DNA of 64,000 bases from Candidatus Shapirobacteria bacterium (GTDB taxonomy: Bacteria; Patescibacteriota; Microgenomatia; UBA12405): positions 1,524 through 65,523 of the forward strand of contig JBAZWK010000001.1 in the NCBI GenBank assembly GCA_041660365.1, in the 5' to 3' direction. Made by a program: the position numbers and the translations under genes. The notes under the pieces were generated by a model, which was not told the origin of the DNA, made no database searches, and saw only the letters and a program-made list of their open reading frames with translations. How positions within the stretch are numbered: the stretch's first letter is position 1; every line of letters begins with the position of its first letter. Below are positions 27,876 through 36,317 of the stretch, one piece after another.

Positions 27876-28462
27876 TGGCCACTAGAGAGACAATTCAAAT
27901 TGGAGATTTGCGATTAAAGGCAGAAAATGAGACTGTGGGTGATTTTGCTAATTTAAAAATAAGACAAGTGGTGACTGATTTGGTGGATACGATGCACCAA
28001 GAAGGAAATATTGGTTTAGCAGCCCAACAAATTGGGGAAAATTGGAAAATTTTTGTAACGGAACCAAGAGAAACTAAAGACAGAACGGCAGATCAGGCTG
28101 ATGAATTACGGGTTTATATTAACCCAATAATTACTGAATTTTCTAAAGAGGAAAGCGTTATTTATGAAGGTTGTGGAAGTGTTTTACATGGAACTTTATT
28201 TGGACCGGTTAAGAGACCAAGAGAAATTACTATTGAGGCCTTTGATTTAGAAGGTAAAAGATTTAGATTAATTTGTGATGGAATTTTAGCGAGAGTAATT
28301 CAACATGAATATGACCATTTACAAGGAATTGAATTTGTGGAAAGGATTAGCGATTATAAGAAATTGATGGTGGCGGAATTTTATCGACAAAGAGTAAAAA
28401 ACTCTCCAGAGCAAATTGAGGCATCAAAAATTACTAAGAAAATATACCAATATTTAGGATAG
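27875..28462 (+). CDS. def: Peptide deformylase
   Basis: 'GNIGLAAQQIG' is motif I, 'EGCGSV' is motif II and 'QHEYDHLQG' is motif III (HExxH). Confidence 0.85.
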   Translation: MATRETIQIGDLRLKAENETVGDFANLKIRQVVTDLVDTMHQEGNIGLAAQQIGENWKIFVTEPRETKDRTADQADELRVYINPIITEFSKEESVIYEGCGSVLHGTLFGPVKRPREITIEAFDLEGKRFRLICDGILARVIQHEYDHLQGIEFVERISDYKKLMVAEFYRQRVKNSPEQIEASKITKKIYQYLG

Positions 28463-29032
28463 ATTTAGTCTAAAGACACCTTGGTTCGGAAATTTTTTGT
28501 TGGTAATACTGAACTCGCCGTAGTGGACTCCCCTACCGATAAGTGAAGAATCGACATAAACGACTTTATCTCCCATTTTTTCGATGACAAAGAGAAGGTG
28601 TCGGCCATTTTTTTGTCGAATTAAATCAGCGGTTTGGATGTTGTTGATATCGATTTTTTTAGATAATGGAGCGGAAGTTAGCATATCGGCAGAGGTGCGG
28701 CGAACGTTTAATTTAATATCAAAATAAAAATTCAAAAGATGACAGGCAAGACCAGAGCAATCAATACCAATTTTATTTTTCTTTTGGAAGTTATAAATTT
28801 GTTGAGGGCTTAAATCAACTAATTTTATATTTTGAATATTAGCTAATTCAATTGTTTTTAAGGCAATTTCTTTAGCACTGCCTTTACCAACATCAACAGC
28901 ATTTAGAGAAATTTTTTTGGGACGATTGGTATAGTAGGGAATGCCAATATATTTTAAAATTTCGGAGTGAAGATCTGCTAATTTAGTCCTAACCATAGTC
29001 CAAAAATAGCTAATATAAATGTGGCCAACCAA
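28454..29032 (-). CDS. NlpC/P60-family cysteine peptidase with no evident signal peptide. Possibly a murein-peptide-processing enzyme
   Basis: 'GIDCSGLACHLL' gives the catalytic Cys. '...GRHLLFVIEKMGDKVVYVDSS' gives the His region. Overlaps the mraY 3' end. Confidence 0.5.
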   Translation of the reverse strand: MVGHIYISYFWTMVRTKLADLHSEILKYIGIPYYTNRPKKISLNAVDVGKGSAKEIALKTIELANIQNIKLVDLSPQQIYNFQKKNKIGIDCSGLACHLLNFYFDIKLNVRRTSADMLTSAPLSKKIDINNIQTADLIRQKNGRHLLFVIEKMGDKVVYVDSSLIGRGVHYGEFSITNKKFPNQGVFRLNLS

Positions 29033-30012
29033 GCTCTAAAAACAATTTTTGGTTCTTCCCAGCCAAGTTTTTGTAATGTGAGATGAATTGGAGCAGCGGG
29101 AAAAACTTTTTTATGTAAATATATTTTACTAAAAATTTGAATGGCGCTGCTGAGACCTTCGATTATAAAAGGTAAACCGACAATAATTAGTGGAACAATT
29201 TTTCCTAATAGTAGGGCTATAACAGCAAAGGTGGCTCCAAAGGAAAGAGAACCGACGTCACCAAGCCAGAGGCGGGCGGGAAAGACATTAAAGTAAAGAA
29301 AGGCGATTAAAGCGCCGATCCAGAGAGCTAGAAATAAGGAAATTGGAGTGTCTAGAGAAGTGCTGGCGAGAATCCAAAAGGCGAAGAGAGAAATCATTAA
29401 AATACCACAGGACAGGCCGTCTAGACCGTCACTAATGTTAAAAAAATTAGCGAAAGCGACGATAATAGTTGTAGAAATAGGAATGAAAAAAAGTCCTAAG
29501 CTGACAGCACCAATAAAAGGTAGATAGATAAAATTAATGCCGAGTTGAAAATAAATTAGAGAAGAGGTAATCGTAGCTAGAATTATTTGAAGTAATAATT
29601 TGTACTTCATGCGGAGACCGAAAAAACCTGTTTTAGGAAAAGCAAAAAACTTAAGAACATCATCATAAAGGCCAAGGAGACCGAAGCTGATAAAGGTAAA
29701 AAAGATAATGGTAATTTCGTTAATTAAATGGTAGTTACTGGAAATAAAAATTCGCGACATTTTTAGAATGGGAAAAAGAAAGAGAAAAAGTACTGAAACG
29801 GCAACAATAATTAATAATCCTCCACCAACAGGAGTACCACTTTTCTGGGCATGAAATTTGTCAAAAATCGGAGTGTGTTTGTTCTGAAAATCGAGAGTAT
29901 TTTGTTTTTGACGTTGAAATTTAAGTTTGTAAAGTAAATTAATGAATGGCACTACTAAAATACTAGTGGCAATAAAAGAAAAAAGGAGTAGTCCAAGATA
30001 TAAGTGAATCAT
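28978..30012 (-). CDS. mraY: Phospho-N-acetylmuramoyl-pentapeptide transferase
   Basis: Polytopic. 'GLYDDV', 'NISDGLDGLSCG' and 'LGDVGSLSFGA' are MraY/WecA-family motifs. Confidence 0.85.
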   Translation of the reverse strand: MIHLYLGLLLFSFIATSILVVPFINLLYKLKFQRQKQNTLDFQNKHTPIFDKFHAQKSGTPVGGGLLIIVAVSVLFLFLFPILKMSRIFISSNYHLINEITIIFFTFISFGLLGLYDDVLKFFAFPKTGFFGLRMKYKLLLQIILATITSSLIYFQLGINFIYLPFIGAVSLGLFFIPISTTIIVAFANFFNISDGLDGLSCGILMISLFAFWILASTSLDTPISLFLALWIGALIAFLYFNVFPARLWLGDVGSLSFGATFAVIALLLGKIVPLIIVGLPFIIEGLSSAIQIFSKIYLHKKVFPAAPIHLTLQKLGWEEPKIVFRAWLATFILAIFGLWLGLN

Positions 30013-31337
30013 GTTTTGATATATTTTATATTAGCACCTAATGAGCAGAGACGGTCAGCAAGTTTTTCGTAACCACGTTCGATATATTCCACATTATCAA
30101 TGGTGCTTTCGCCGGTGGCGGTGAGGGCGGCCAAAGTGATACAAGCACCGGCGCGAAGATCGTTAGCACTGAAATTGGCAGCTTTTAATTTAATTGGGCC
30201 ATAAATTTTGACGGCGTGAAAATACTCAGATTTATCGGTGTCTAAATTAAATTCATAATATGCCTCAGGATTGGCTATTTTTGGGTTGTAAGTTTGAGTT
30301 TTAGCCCCCATTTGGTTCAAGAAAGCTAGGTGTTGAAAACGGGAAGGATAGACTCGTTCAATAACATTACTGACGCCAATGGCTTGAGTTAAAAGAACTG
30401 AAAAAATAGCTTGCCAATCGGTCATAAAACCTGGTTCTGGCCCTGTTTCAATATCGATAGCAGTTAATTGTTTTTGCCAAGAGACAGTGACTTCATCTTT
30501 GCCGGCATCAATTTTAGCGCCCATTTTTTCAATAGTATCTAAAAAAGTCTTAATAATTTGGGAATCAGTTCGTAAAATATTGATGGAACCTTTGGTGGCC
30601 AGGGCGGCACAGGCAAAAGTGATGGCTTCGTTTCTATCAGAGATGACTTGATGACTAGTGCCATGAAGTTTGGTGACACCATTAATAATAATAGTTTTAG
30701 AATTATCTTTCTGGCGGACAATATCGGCACCCATGGTATTTAACATGGCAATTAAATCATCAATTTCCGGTTCTAAAGCAGTGTTTTCAAAAATACTTTG
30801 GCCTGAAGCTAGGACGGCGGTCATAATGACCACTTCAGTAACGGTGTGACTAGGTTTGTTGAAAACATAGTGAGTACCTTTGATTTGTTGAGTAGTAAAA
30901 ATCATTAAATCATCTTTAAATTCAGTATTAATTCCCATAGTGGCAAAACAATCAAAAAGACGATCTAAAGGCCTGGCACCTAAACGGTCACCGCCAGGAG
31001 TGGGAATAGTGGCCTGACCAGTTCTGGCTAAGAGTGGAGCGGCAAAAATAAATGAAGTCCGGGATTTTTCACCGGTACCGTGAGGAACAACTGTGGAGCT
31101 AATTTTAGGAGTTTGAATACTGAGACTGTGTTCCCCGGTTCTAATAATTTTTGAGCCCAAACTTTCAGCGATACTTTCGGTAATTTTGACGTCAGAAATT
31201 TGAGGAATGTTAAAAATGTGAGTGATTTCATCAGAAAGAAGAGAAGCAATTATTTGTTTATAACTGGCATTTTTGGCACCGCGAATGGAAACTTCCCCAT
31301 TAAGAGATTGGCCTCCATTAATAATATATTTAGACAT
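30009..31337 (-). CDS. murA: UDP-N-acetylglucosamine 1-carboxyvinyltransferase
   Basis: 'MSKYIINGGQSLNGEVSIRGAKNAS' is the MurA N-terminus. EPSP-synthase fold. 442 aa. Confidence 0.8.
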   Translation of the reverse strand: MSKYIINGGQSLNGEVSIRGAKNASYKQIIASLLSDEITHIFNIPQISDVKITESIAESLGSKIIRTGEHSLSIQTPKISSTVVPHGTGEKSRTSFIFAAPLLARTGQATIPTPGGDRLGARPLDRLFDCFATMGINTEFKDDLMIFTTQQIKGTHYVFNKPSHTVTEVVIMTAVLASGQSIFENTALEPEIDDLIAMLNTMGADIVRQKDNSKTIIINGVTKLHGTSHQVISDRNEAITFACAALATKGSINILRTDSQIIKTFLDTIEKMGAKIDAGKDEVTVSWQKQLTAIDIETGPEPGFMTDWQAIFSVLLTQAIGVSNVIERVYPSRFQHLAFLNQMGAKTQTYNPKIANPEAYYEFNLDTDKSEYFHAVKIYGPIKLKAANFSANDLRAGACITLAALTATGESTIDNVEYIERGYEKLADRLCSLGANIKYIKT

Positions 31338-31343
31338 AGATTA

Positions 31344-32627
31344 TTAAGAGTATAAACTAATAATTTTTTTAAAAAGTTTTTGACCCTCTAGACCGCCGGA
31401 GCTAAAGTGAATTAAAATATTGTCTGATTTAAGGTTGTTTTTATAGTGGTCTAAAACTGATTTTGGTAAAGGTAAATAGCAACTATGGGAAATATTGGTT
31501 AAAAAATCTTTGGCGGAAAGTCGGAAAGAATTTCTAGTGGGGAAATTTAAACGATAAATAACAATTTCGGAACAATTTTTGAAGGCAGTTTTTAATTCTA
31601 AAAGATTTTGAGGATGTTGAATGAAAGAAGCATGAGCTTCAAAAAAAACTTTAATTAAAGATTGGGGATATTTTATTTTGAGAGCGTTTATAGTAGCTTC
31701 AATTCTATTGGCACTTTGAGCAAAATCATCGAAAAAAAGAATTTTTTGATGAGTAGCTAAGAGTTGTAAACGACGTTTAATGCCTTTGAATTGAAGAAAG
31801 GCAGTGGTAATTATTTTAGGTGAAATAGTAAGATTTTGGGCAAGAATTTCGACGGCAGCTAAATTATTTTGGTTGTATTCCCCAATCAAATTATTTTTTA
31901 TTTTAGTGGAGTTGTAGGGAATAACTTTACATTTAGCTGAGGAAAGTAAGGGCAAAATTGAGGGATCATTTTGGTTGTAAATTAAAAGGCCATCAATGGG
32001 AATATTTTTAACTAAGTTTTGAAAGGCAAGAAAATTTTCATTTTCGTTTTGGTAGCTATCTTTGTGTTCCCATTGAGCACTGGTTAAAATTAAATATTTG
32101 ACGGGGTAATAGAGAAATTTAGCCTGAGTGTCGAGACCGTGAATGGATTCGTCGGCTTCGACCACAGACCAATCGGAATTATTAAATTGACAAGATGGTA
32201 ATAAATTTAGACTTTGGCCGCCAAACATGAAATTTGGTTTTAGACCGGCCTTTTTTAATAAAAAAGCAGTGGCAGCGGTAGTAGTAGTTTTGCCGTAAGA
32301 GCCAGCAATTAAAATAGAGTTGCTTTTAATTAAATTTTTAGCAATGTAATTAGTAGCGGAAATATAGGGAATTTTTAGTTTTTTAATTTCAGCAAATTCG
32401 GCTTTTGTTTTGGAAAAAGATTGATAAGAAGAGCCAATAATGGCTAAATCAATATAGGAATTAATTTCAGTTTGGTTAATAGAAATATGGGCTTTTTTTA
32501 ACTGCTGACTAAAAGGTGGGTAGATTTTTTCTTGGTCAGAGCCAGTGATTAGATGGCCTTGTTTTTGCAAAGCCAAAGCCAGCGGGGCAGTCATAGAACC
32601 AGCAATGCCTAAAATATGGATATGCAT
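31344..32627 (-). CDS. murC: UDP-N-acetylmuramate--L-alanine ligase (MurC/Mpl family). Its N-terminus carries the Mpl-like 'YPPxSxQL' motif
   Basis: 'MHIHILGIAGSMTAPLALALQKQGHLITGSDQEKIYPPFSQQL' matches the MurC/Mpl N-terminus. 'LIAGSYGKTTTTA' is the Mur-ligase P-loop. 'VVEADESI' follows. Confidence 0.7.
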   Translation of the reverse strand: MHIHILGIAGSMTAPLALALQKQGHLITGSDQEKIYPPFSQQLKKAHISINQTEINSYIDLAIIGSSYQSFSKTKAEFAEIKKLKIPYISATNYIAKNLIKSNSILIAGSYGKTTTTAATAFLLKKAGLKPNFMFGGQSLNLLPSCQFNNSDWSVVEADESIHGLDTQAKFLYYPVKYLILTSAQWEHKDSYQNENENFLAFQNLVKNIPIDGLLIYNQNDPSILPLLSSAKCKVIPYNSTKIKNNLIGEYNQNNLAAVEILAQNLTISPKIITTAFLQFKGIKRRLQLLATHQKILFFDDFAQSANRIEATINALKIKYPQSLIKVFFEAHASFIQHPQNLLELKTAFKNCSEIVIYRLNFPTRNSFRLSAKDFLTNISHSCYLPLPKSVLDHYKNNLKSDNILIHFSSGGLEGQKLFKKIISLYS

Positions 32628-32698
32628 ATTAATTCAAAATTTCTAAAGTCTAAATTCTAAATAATTAAAAAATATTTTCAATTTTTACTATTAAATTT

Positions 32699-33301
32699 TT
32701 AATTGTAAGAATGCCATTGGCCATTAATAAAATACTCAAAATTGGGGAAATTACGTTTGTAATAACCTAATTTAGTTTCGGGATTAAAACGGCCTAAATA
32801 ACAATATTTTAGTTTTTGGTCGTAAGAATCCTGAATTACTTGAAGGGATAATCTGATCGGTAGATCGTGATGGGCATATTTAGGGTCGTAAAAAACGTAA
32901 GCAATATGGGAAATAGTTGAAGAAAAATAGCATATGGCGTAGGCACATTCCTGATGATTTTCATCAGAGTAAACATATAGACGATTAAAAATATGATCTT
33001 TAAACAGGGTTTTTATAGTGGATGTAGGAATTTCCCATTCTAAAGTTTTTGACCAAGTAAATAATTTCTTTTGAAATTCTGGTGTGTAAGCAGAGAAATC
33101 TTTTAAAGGGATTTGCTTAAAAGAAAAAGTGTTAGTTTTTTTAAAAATACGACGGTTCTCGGAGGAGAGTTGAAAATTACTGAGATCACAGCGGGAAGAA
33201 TAATTCTCGTCGTGATAAAAAGTATCTTTAAGATTACGTTGAGGTAAAAGACCCTGTTGATAATTTTCTTCTATAGATAGATTGTTTTTAATATTAAACA
33301 T
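32699..33301 (-). CDS. ATE_C / Bpt-like aminoacyl-tRNA--protein transferase homologue (GNAT fold) lacking the Cys-rich ATE_N domain. Start trimmed to the Met at 33301
   Basis: 'IAYVFYDPKYAHHDLPIRLSLQVI...YCYLGRFNPETKLGYYKRNFPNFEYFINGQW' parallels the conserved FYDP...YLGYW...KxxYKxxFxPxE...GxW core of arginyl-tRNA-transferase / Bpt C-domains. The longer ORF overlaps murE. Confidence 0.55.
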   Translation of the reverse strand: MFNIKNNLSIEENYQQGLLPQRNLKDTFYHDENYSSRCDLSNFQLSSENRRIFKKTNTFSFKQIPLKDFSAYTPEFQKKLFTWSKTLEWEIPTSTIKTLFKDHIFNRLYVYSDENHQECAYAICYFSSTISHIAYVFYDPKYAHHDLPIRLSLQVIQDSYDQKLKYCYLGRFNPETKLGYYKRNFPNFEYFINGQWHSYN

Positions 33302-34549
33302 TTTGAGTTTTAAGGCGGAAAGCGCTTCTAAAGGCTTCGGCTTCAGACCAAGGATATTCAGTAGAACCGTGAAGAATGGTAGTTTCATGACCCTTGCCAC
33401 AGGCAACAATGGTATCGCCGGGCTTAGCAATTTTAACAGCCAGATTAAAAGCATCTTGACGATTGGGAATATTGAAATAATGAAATAAGTTTGGGTCTTT
33501 AATAACGGAATCGAGAGGATCAAGAAAAAGTGACTTTTTGGGATTAATACCAGAGATTATTTGCTGATTAATGTCTTCAATTTTTTCGTGACGGGTATCA
33601 TCAGCGGTAATAAAGGCAATATTGGCTAATTTGGAAACGACTTTTCCCATGAGTGGGCGTTTACTTTGATCTCTGCCGCCGGTAGCACCAAAGATGACCA
33701 AAAGACGTCCTGGAGTGATTTTTCGAAGTGAATCTAGAGTAACCTTGAGGGCGTTGGGGGTATGAGCAAAATCAATAACAGTTTTTATTTTAGGGTCTAA
33801 AGAGATATTTTCCCGACGGCCTTTGGCTTCGGGAAAATTAAGAATAGTTTCGACAAAAATTCTTGGATCAAGATTTAATTTTGAAAATGCCGAATAACAG
33901 GCTAAAATATTATAAATTTGGTATTCGTAATTACTGTCTGTAGAAAATTGTTGATGATTTATTTTAAAACTTAAAGATTGAGAATCAATCTTAACTTCGG
34001 TAGCGGTGAAATCGGATTTATTTCTAACGCCGTAGTCAATACAGGGAATTGAAATCATGGCTTTTAACTTGGGGTAATAAGGGTCATCATGATTAATGAC
34101 CGCTAAATCTGACTGAGAGAAAATTTTAGCTTTAGTTTGAAGGTAATTGTCAATAGTGTGGTGATAATCGAGGTGTTCGTGAGATAAATTAGTAAAAATA
34201 CCAATTTTAAAATGGCAACCCCAATAACGATATTGGTCTAAAGCATGGGAAGTAACTTCACAGACAACGTGGGTGTAACCTTGTTTTTGATAATCAAATA
34301 AGATTTTTTGGATATCTTTAGGATCGGGACTGGTGGTGTGAAGGCCTTGGGTGCTGAGAGTACTGATAATGCCGCATTTAAGGCACTATTTTCTAACAAT
34401 TTTTGCATTAGAGTACAAGTGGTAGTTTTACCATCAGTACCAGTGACCCCGATTAGAGTTAGTTTATGGCTAGGAAAATGGAAATATAAGTTCCAAAAAA
34501 TACTTTGGGGTAAGTGCCAAAAGAGATTTTTAAAGCGCTGAGTATTCAT
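33294..34549 (-). pseudogene. murE: UDP-N-acetylmuramoyl-L-alanyl-D-glutamate--2,6-diaminopimelate ligase MurE, split by a 1-nt frameshift near 34377-34388. The ORF track shows it as fragments 34238..34549 and 33294..34058
   Basis: The N-terminal fragment has the P-loop 'LIGVTGTDGKTTT'. The downstream frame continues 'GIISTLSTQGLHTTSPDP...VCEVTSHALDQ...FTNLSHEHLDYH...VIDFAHTPNAL...GKGHE', which covers all the MurE motifs. The two frames differ by one base at a TTT/AAA run. Restoring one A gives the contiguous stretch ...LLENSALKCGIISTL... Confidence 0.65.
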
Positions 34550-34561
34550 TGATTGCTTTAA

Positions 34562-36151
34562 TTATAACAAAGGCTCTAACTTTTGAGCTAATTCGAACCA
34601 CATTGGCGCGGCGGTAGATGAACCCCAAGGGGAAGAACGTGGATTGTCAATAGTAATAATCATGGTGAATTTAGGATTATCGCAGGGGGAAAAACCGATA
34701 TAGGAACCAATAGTGTTGGAATTGTCGTAAACACCCTGGATTGAGACTTGAGCGGTACCACTTTTGGCACAAACATCCATGTTTTTGGGTCGAAATTGGT
34801 TAACGGGGCTATTTTCGACTGCGTAGCGCAAAATGCCTTTAATTTGGTCAATAGTACTGTTTTTATAAACTGAAGTGCTTTCAATTGGAGAAAGCTTATT
34901 AAGATGAACTTTGACCAGTTGGCCATTATTGGCTATAGAATTGAAAGCTTGAATCATTTGTAATTGGTTGACGGCAATACCTTGGCCAAAAGCGGCGGTG
35001 GCAATATCAATATCGGACCAATAAGTTTTGGGTGGGGAAATAGATTCCCCACTAAGTTCGACGCCAGTTTTTTGATCTAATTTCAAAAGATGAAAATAAT
35101 CCAAAAATTTGTTGATAGTTAATTTGTCCATAACATAGGACATACCAATATTATCGGAATTTTTTATAATATCATCTAAAGTGGAATCGGGGTGAAGAGA
35201 ATTGTCCCAATTACTGATAGTATACTGACCAATCTGTCGGGGGCGGTCACATTTTTGACAAATAAAATTGCGATCTAAATTGCCAGAATCAAGAGCAGCG
35301 GACATAACTAAGGGTTTAAAAATAGAACCTGGTTCAAAAATATTGGCAATATTGGTGGTTTTGGTGGTGGCGGAAGGACTGGCCTCGTATGAAGCCATAG
35401 CCAGAATTTCTCCACTCTGAGGTTTAATAATGATAATTGAAGCAGAATCAGCTTGGTATTTTTCTACACCATCTTTGATAGTATTTTCGGCTAATAGTTG
35501 AATTTGGCGGTTAAGAGAAGTGTGAATATCTTGACCATCAATTTCATTTTTTTGCCAGTTTTTACGGGTTAATAGGTTAGCACCGGTGCCGTCAACTGCG
35601 GAACGGGAAAAACCGACCTGACCGGAAATTTGACGTTGGTAATAACGTTCCAGATTTTGAATAATGTTGATAGCGAGGCTTTGTTCTGGATATAATCGGG
35701 CCTGCTTTTCAGTAAAATCAATACCAGGGATATTTTGAAGATTTTGCATTTGGCTACGATTAAATCTGGTAATGAAGTCTAACCATTTTTGATTCGGATT
35801 ATTAAATTTTTCTAAAAGGATGGCATTTTCAGAGGTAAATTTGGCTTCAGTGGAGCTGATTTCGGCAATAATCTCTGGAAGAGATTTTTGAAAATTTGGT
35901 TTATAAAGGGAAAGGTTATAGTAGGTATAACTTAGACTTAAAGGAAAGTTATCAGAACTAAGAATATTGCCCTGTTTTGGGAAAATAGTATTAAGTTTAT
36001 AGATCTGAGAAGTAGCTTGATCTCGAAGTTCTTGGCCTTTAAGGATTTGCCAATAAAAAAGGCGACCTAAAATTAAAATAAAACAAAGATAAATAGTTAA
36101 AAGAATAATTTTAGAACGTTTGTTTTCCATTGATGGCGTATTTGTTAGCAA
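34562..36151 (-). CDS. ftsI: Penicillin-binding protein 2/3 family transpeptidase (FtsI)
   Basis: N-terminal TM. 'GSIFKP' is SxxK, 'NSDN' is SxN and 'KSGTA' is KTG. Sits in the dcw position after ftsL. Confidence 0.8.
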   Translation of the reverse strand: MLTNTPSMENKRSKIILLTIYLCFILILGRLFYWQILKGQELRDQATSQIYKLNTIFPKQGNILSSDNFPLSLSYTYYNLSLYKPNFQKSLPEIIAEISSTEAKFTSENAILLEKFNNPNQKWLDFITRFNRSQMQNLQNIPGIDFTEKQARLYPEQSLAINIIQNLERYYQRQISGQVGFSRSAVDGTGANLLTRKNWQKNEIDGQDIHTSLNRQIQLLAENTIKDGVEKYQADSASIIIIKPQSGEILAMASYEASPSATTKTTNIANIFEPGSIFKPLVMSAALDSGNLDRNFICQKCDRPRQIGQYTISNWDNSLHPDSTLDDIIKNSDNIGMSYVMDKLTINKFLDYFHLLKLDQKTGVELSGESISPPKTYWSDIDIATAAFGQGIAVNQLQMIQAFNSIANNGQLVKVHLNKLSPIESTSVYKNSTIDQIKGILRYAVENSPVNQFRPKNMDVCAKSGTAQVSIQGVYDNSNTIGSYIGFSPCDNPKFTMIITIDNPRSSPWGSSTAAPMWFELAQKLEPLL

Positions 36152-36317
36152 ATTCTATTTGAAGATTTTCGTTTTGTTGTTTTATTTCAGAATATTTTTT
36201 TTCTAGCTCAGAATATCTTTGGTTTTCGGTAACCATTTGACTGGAATAATAAACAGAAAAAAGGATTTGAAAAAAAACCAAACCGAGAGTGATAGCCAGT
36301 AAGAGTCGGTTAAGCAT
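36111..36317 (-). CDS. ftsL: Cell division protein FtsL-like (single TM plus coiled coil)
   Basis: 68 aa. The TM 'LLLAITLGLVFFQILFSVYY' is followed by a heptad-like 'ELEKKYSEIKQQNENLQIE'. Lies between rsmH and ftsI. Confidence 0.5.
   Translation of the reverse strand: MLNRLLLAITLGLVFFQILFSVYYSSQMVTENQRYSELEKKYSEIKQQNENLQIEFANKYAINGKQTF

Noticed and set aside
27707-27898. 63-aa minus-strand ORF from the ORF track
   Set aside because: The same DNA on the plus strand encodes a much more convincing 54-aa double-CPxC LysW-like protein that is translationally coupled to def.
33294-34058. Treating 'MISIPC...' (the Met at 34058) as the true start of a separate 254-aa protein
   Set aside because: The frame stays open and MurE-homologous for another ~110 codons upstream to 34385. 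The apparent start is only the first Met downstream of the frameshift.
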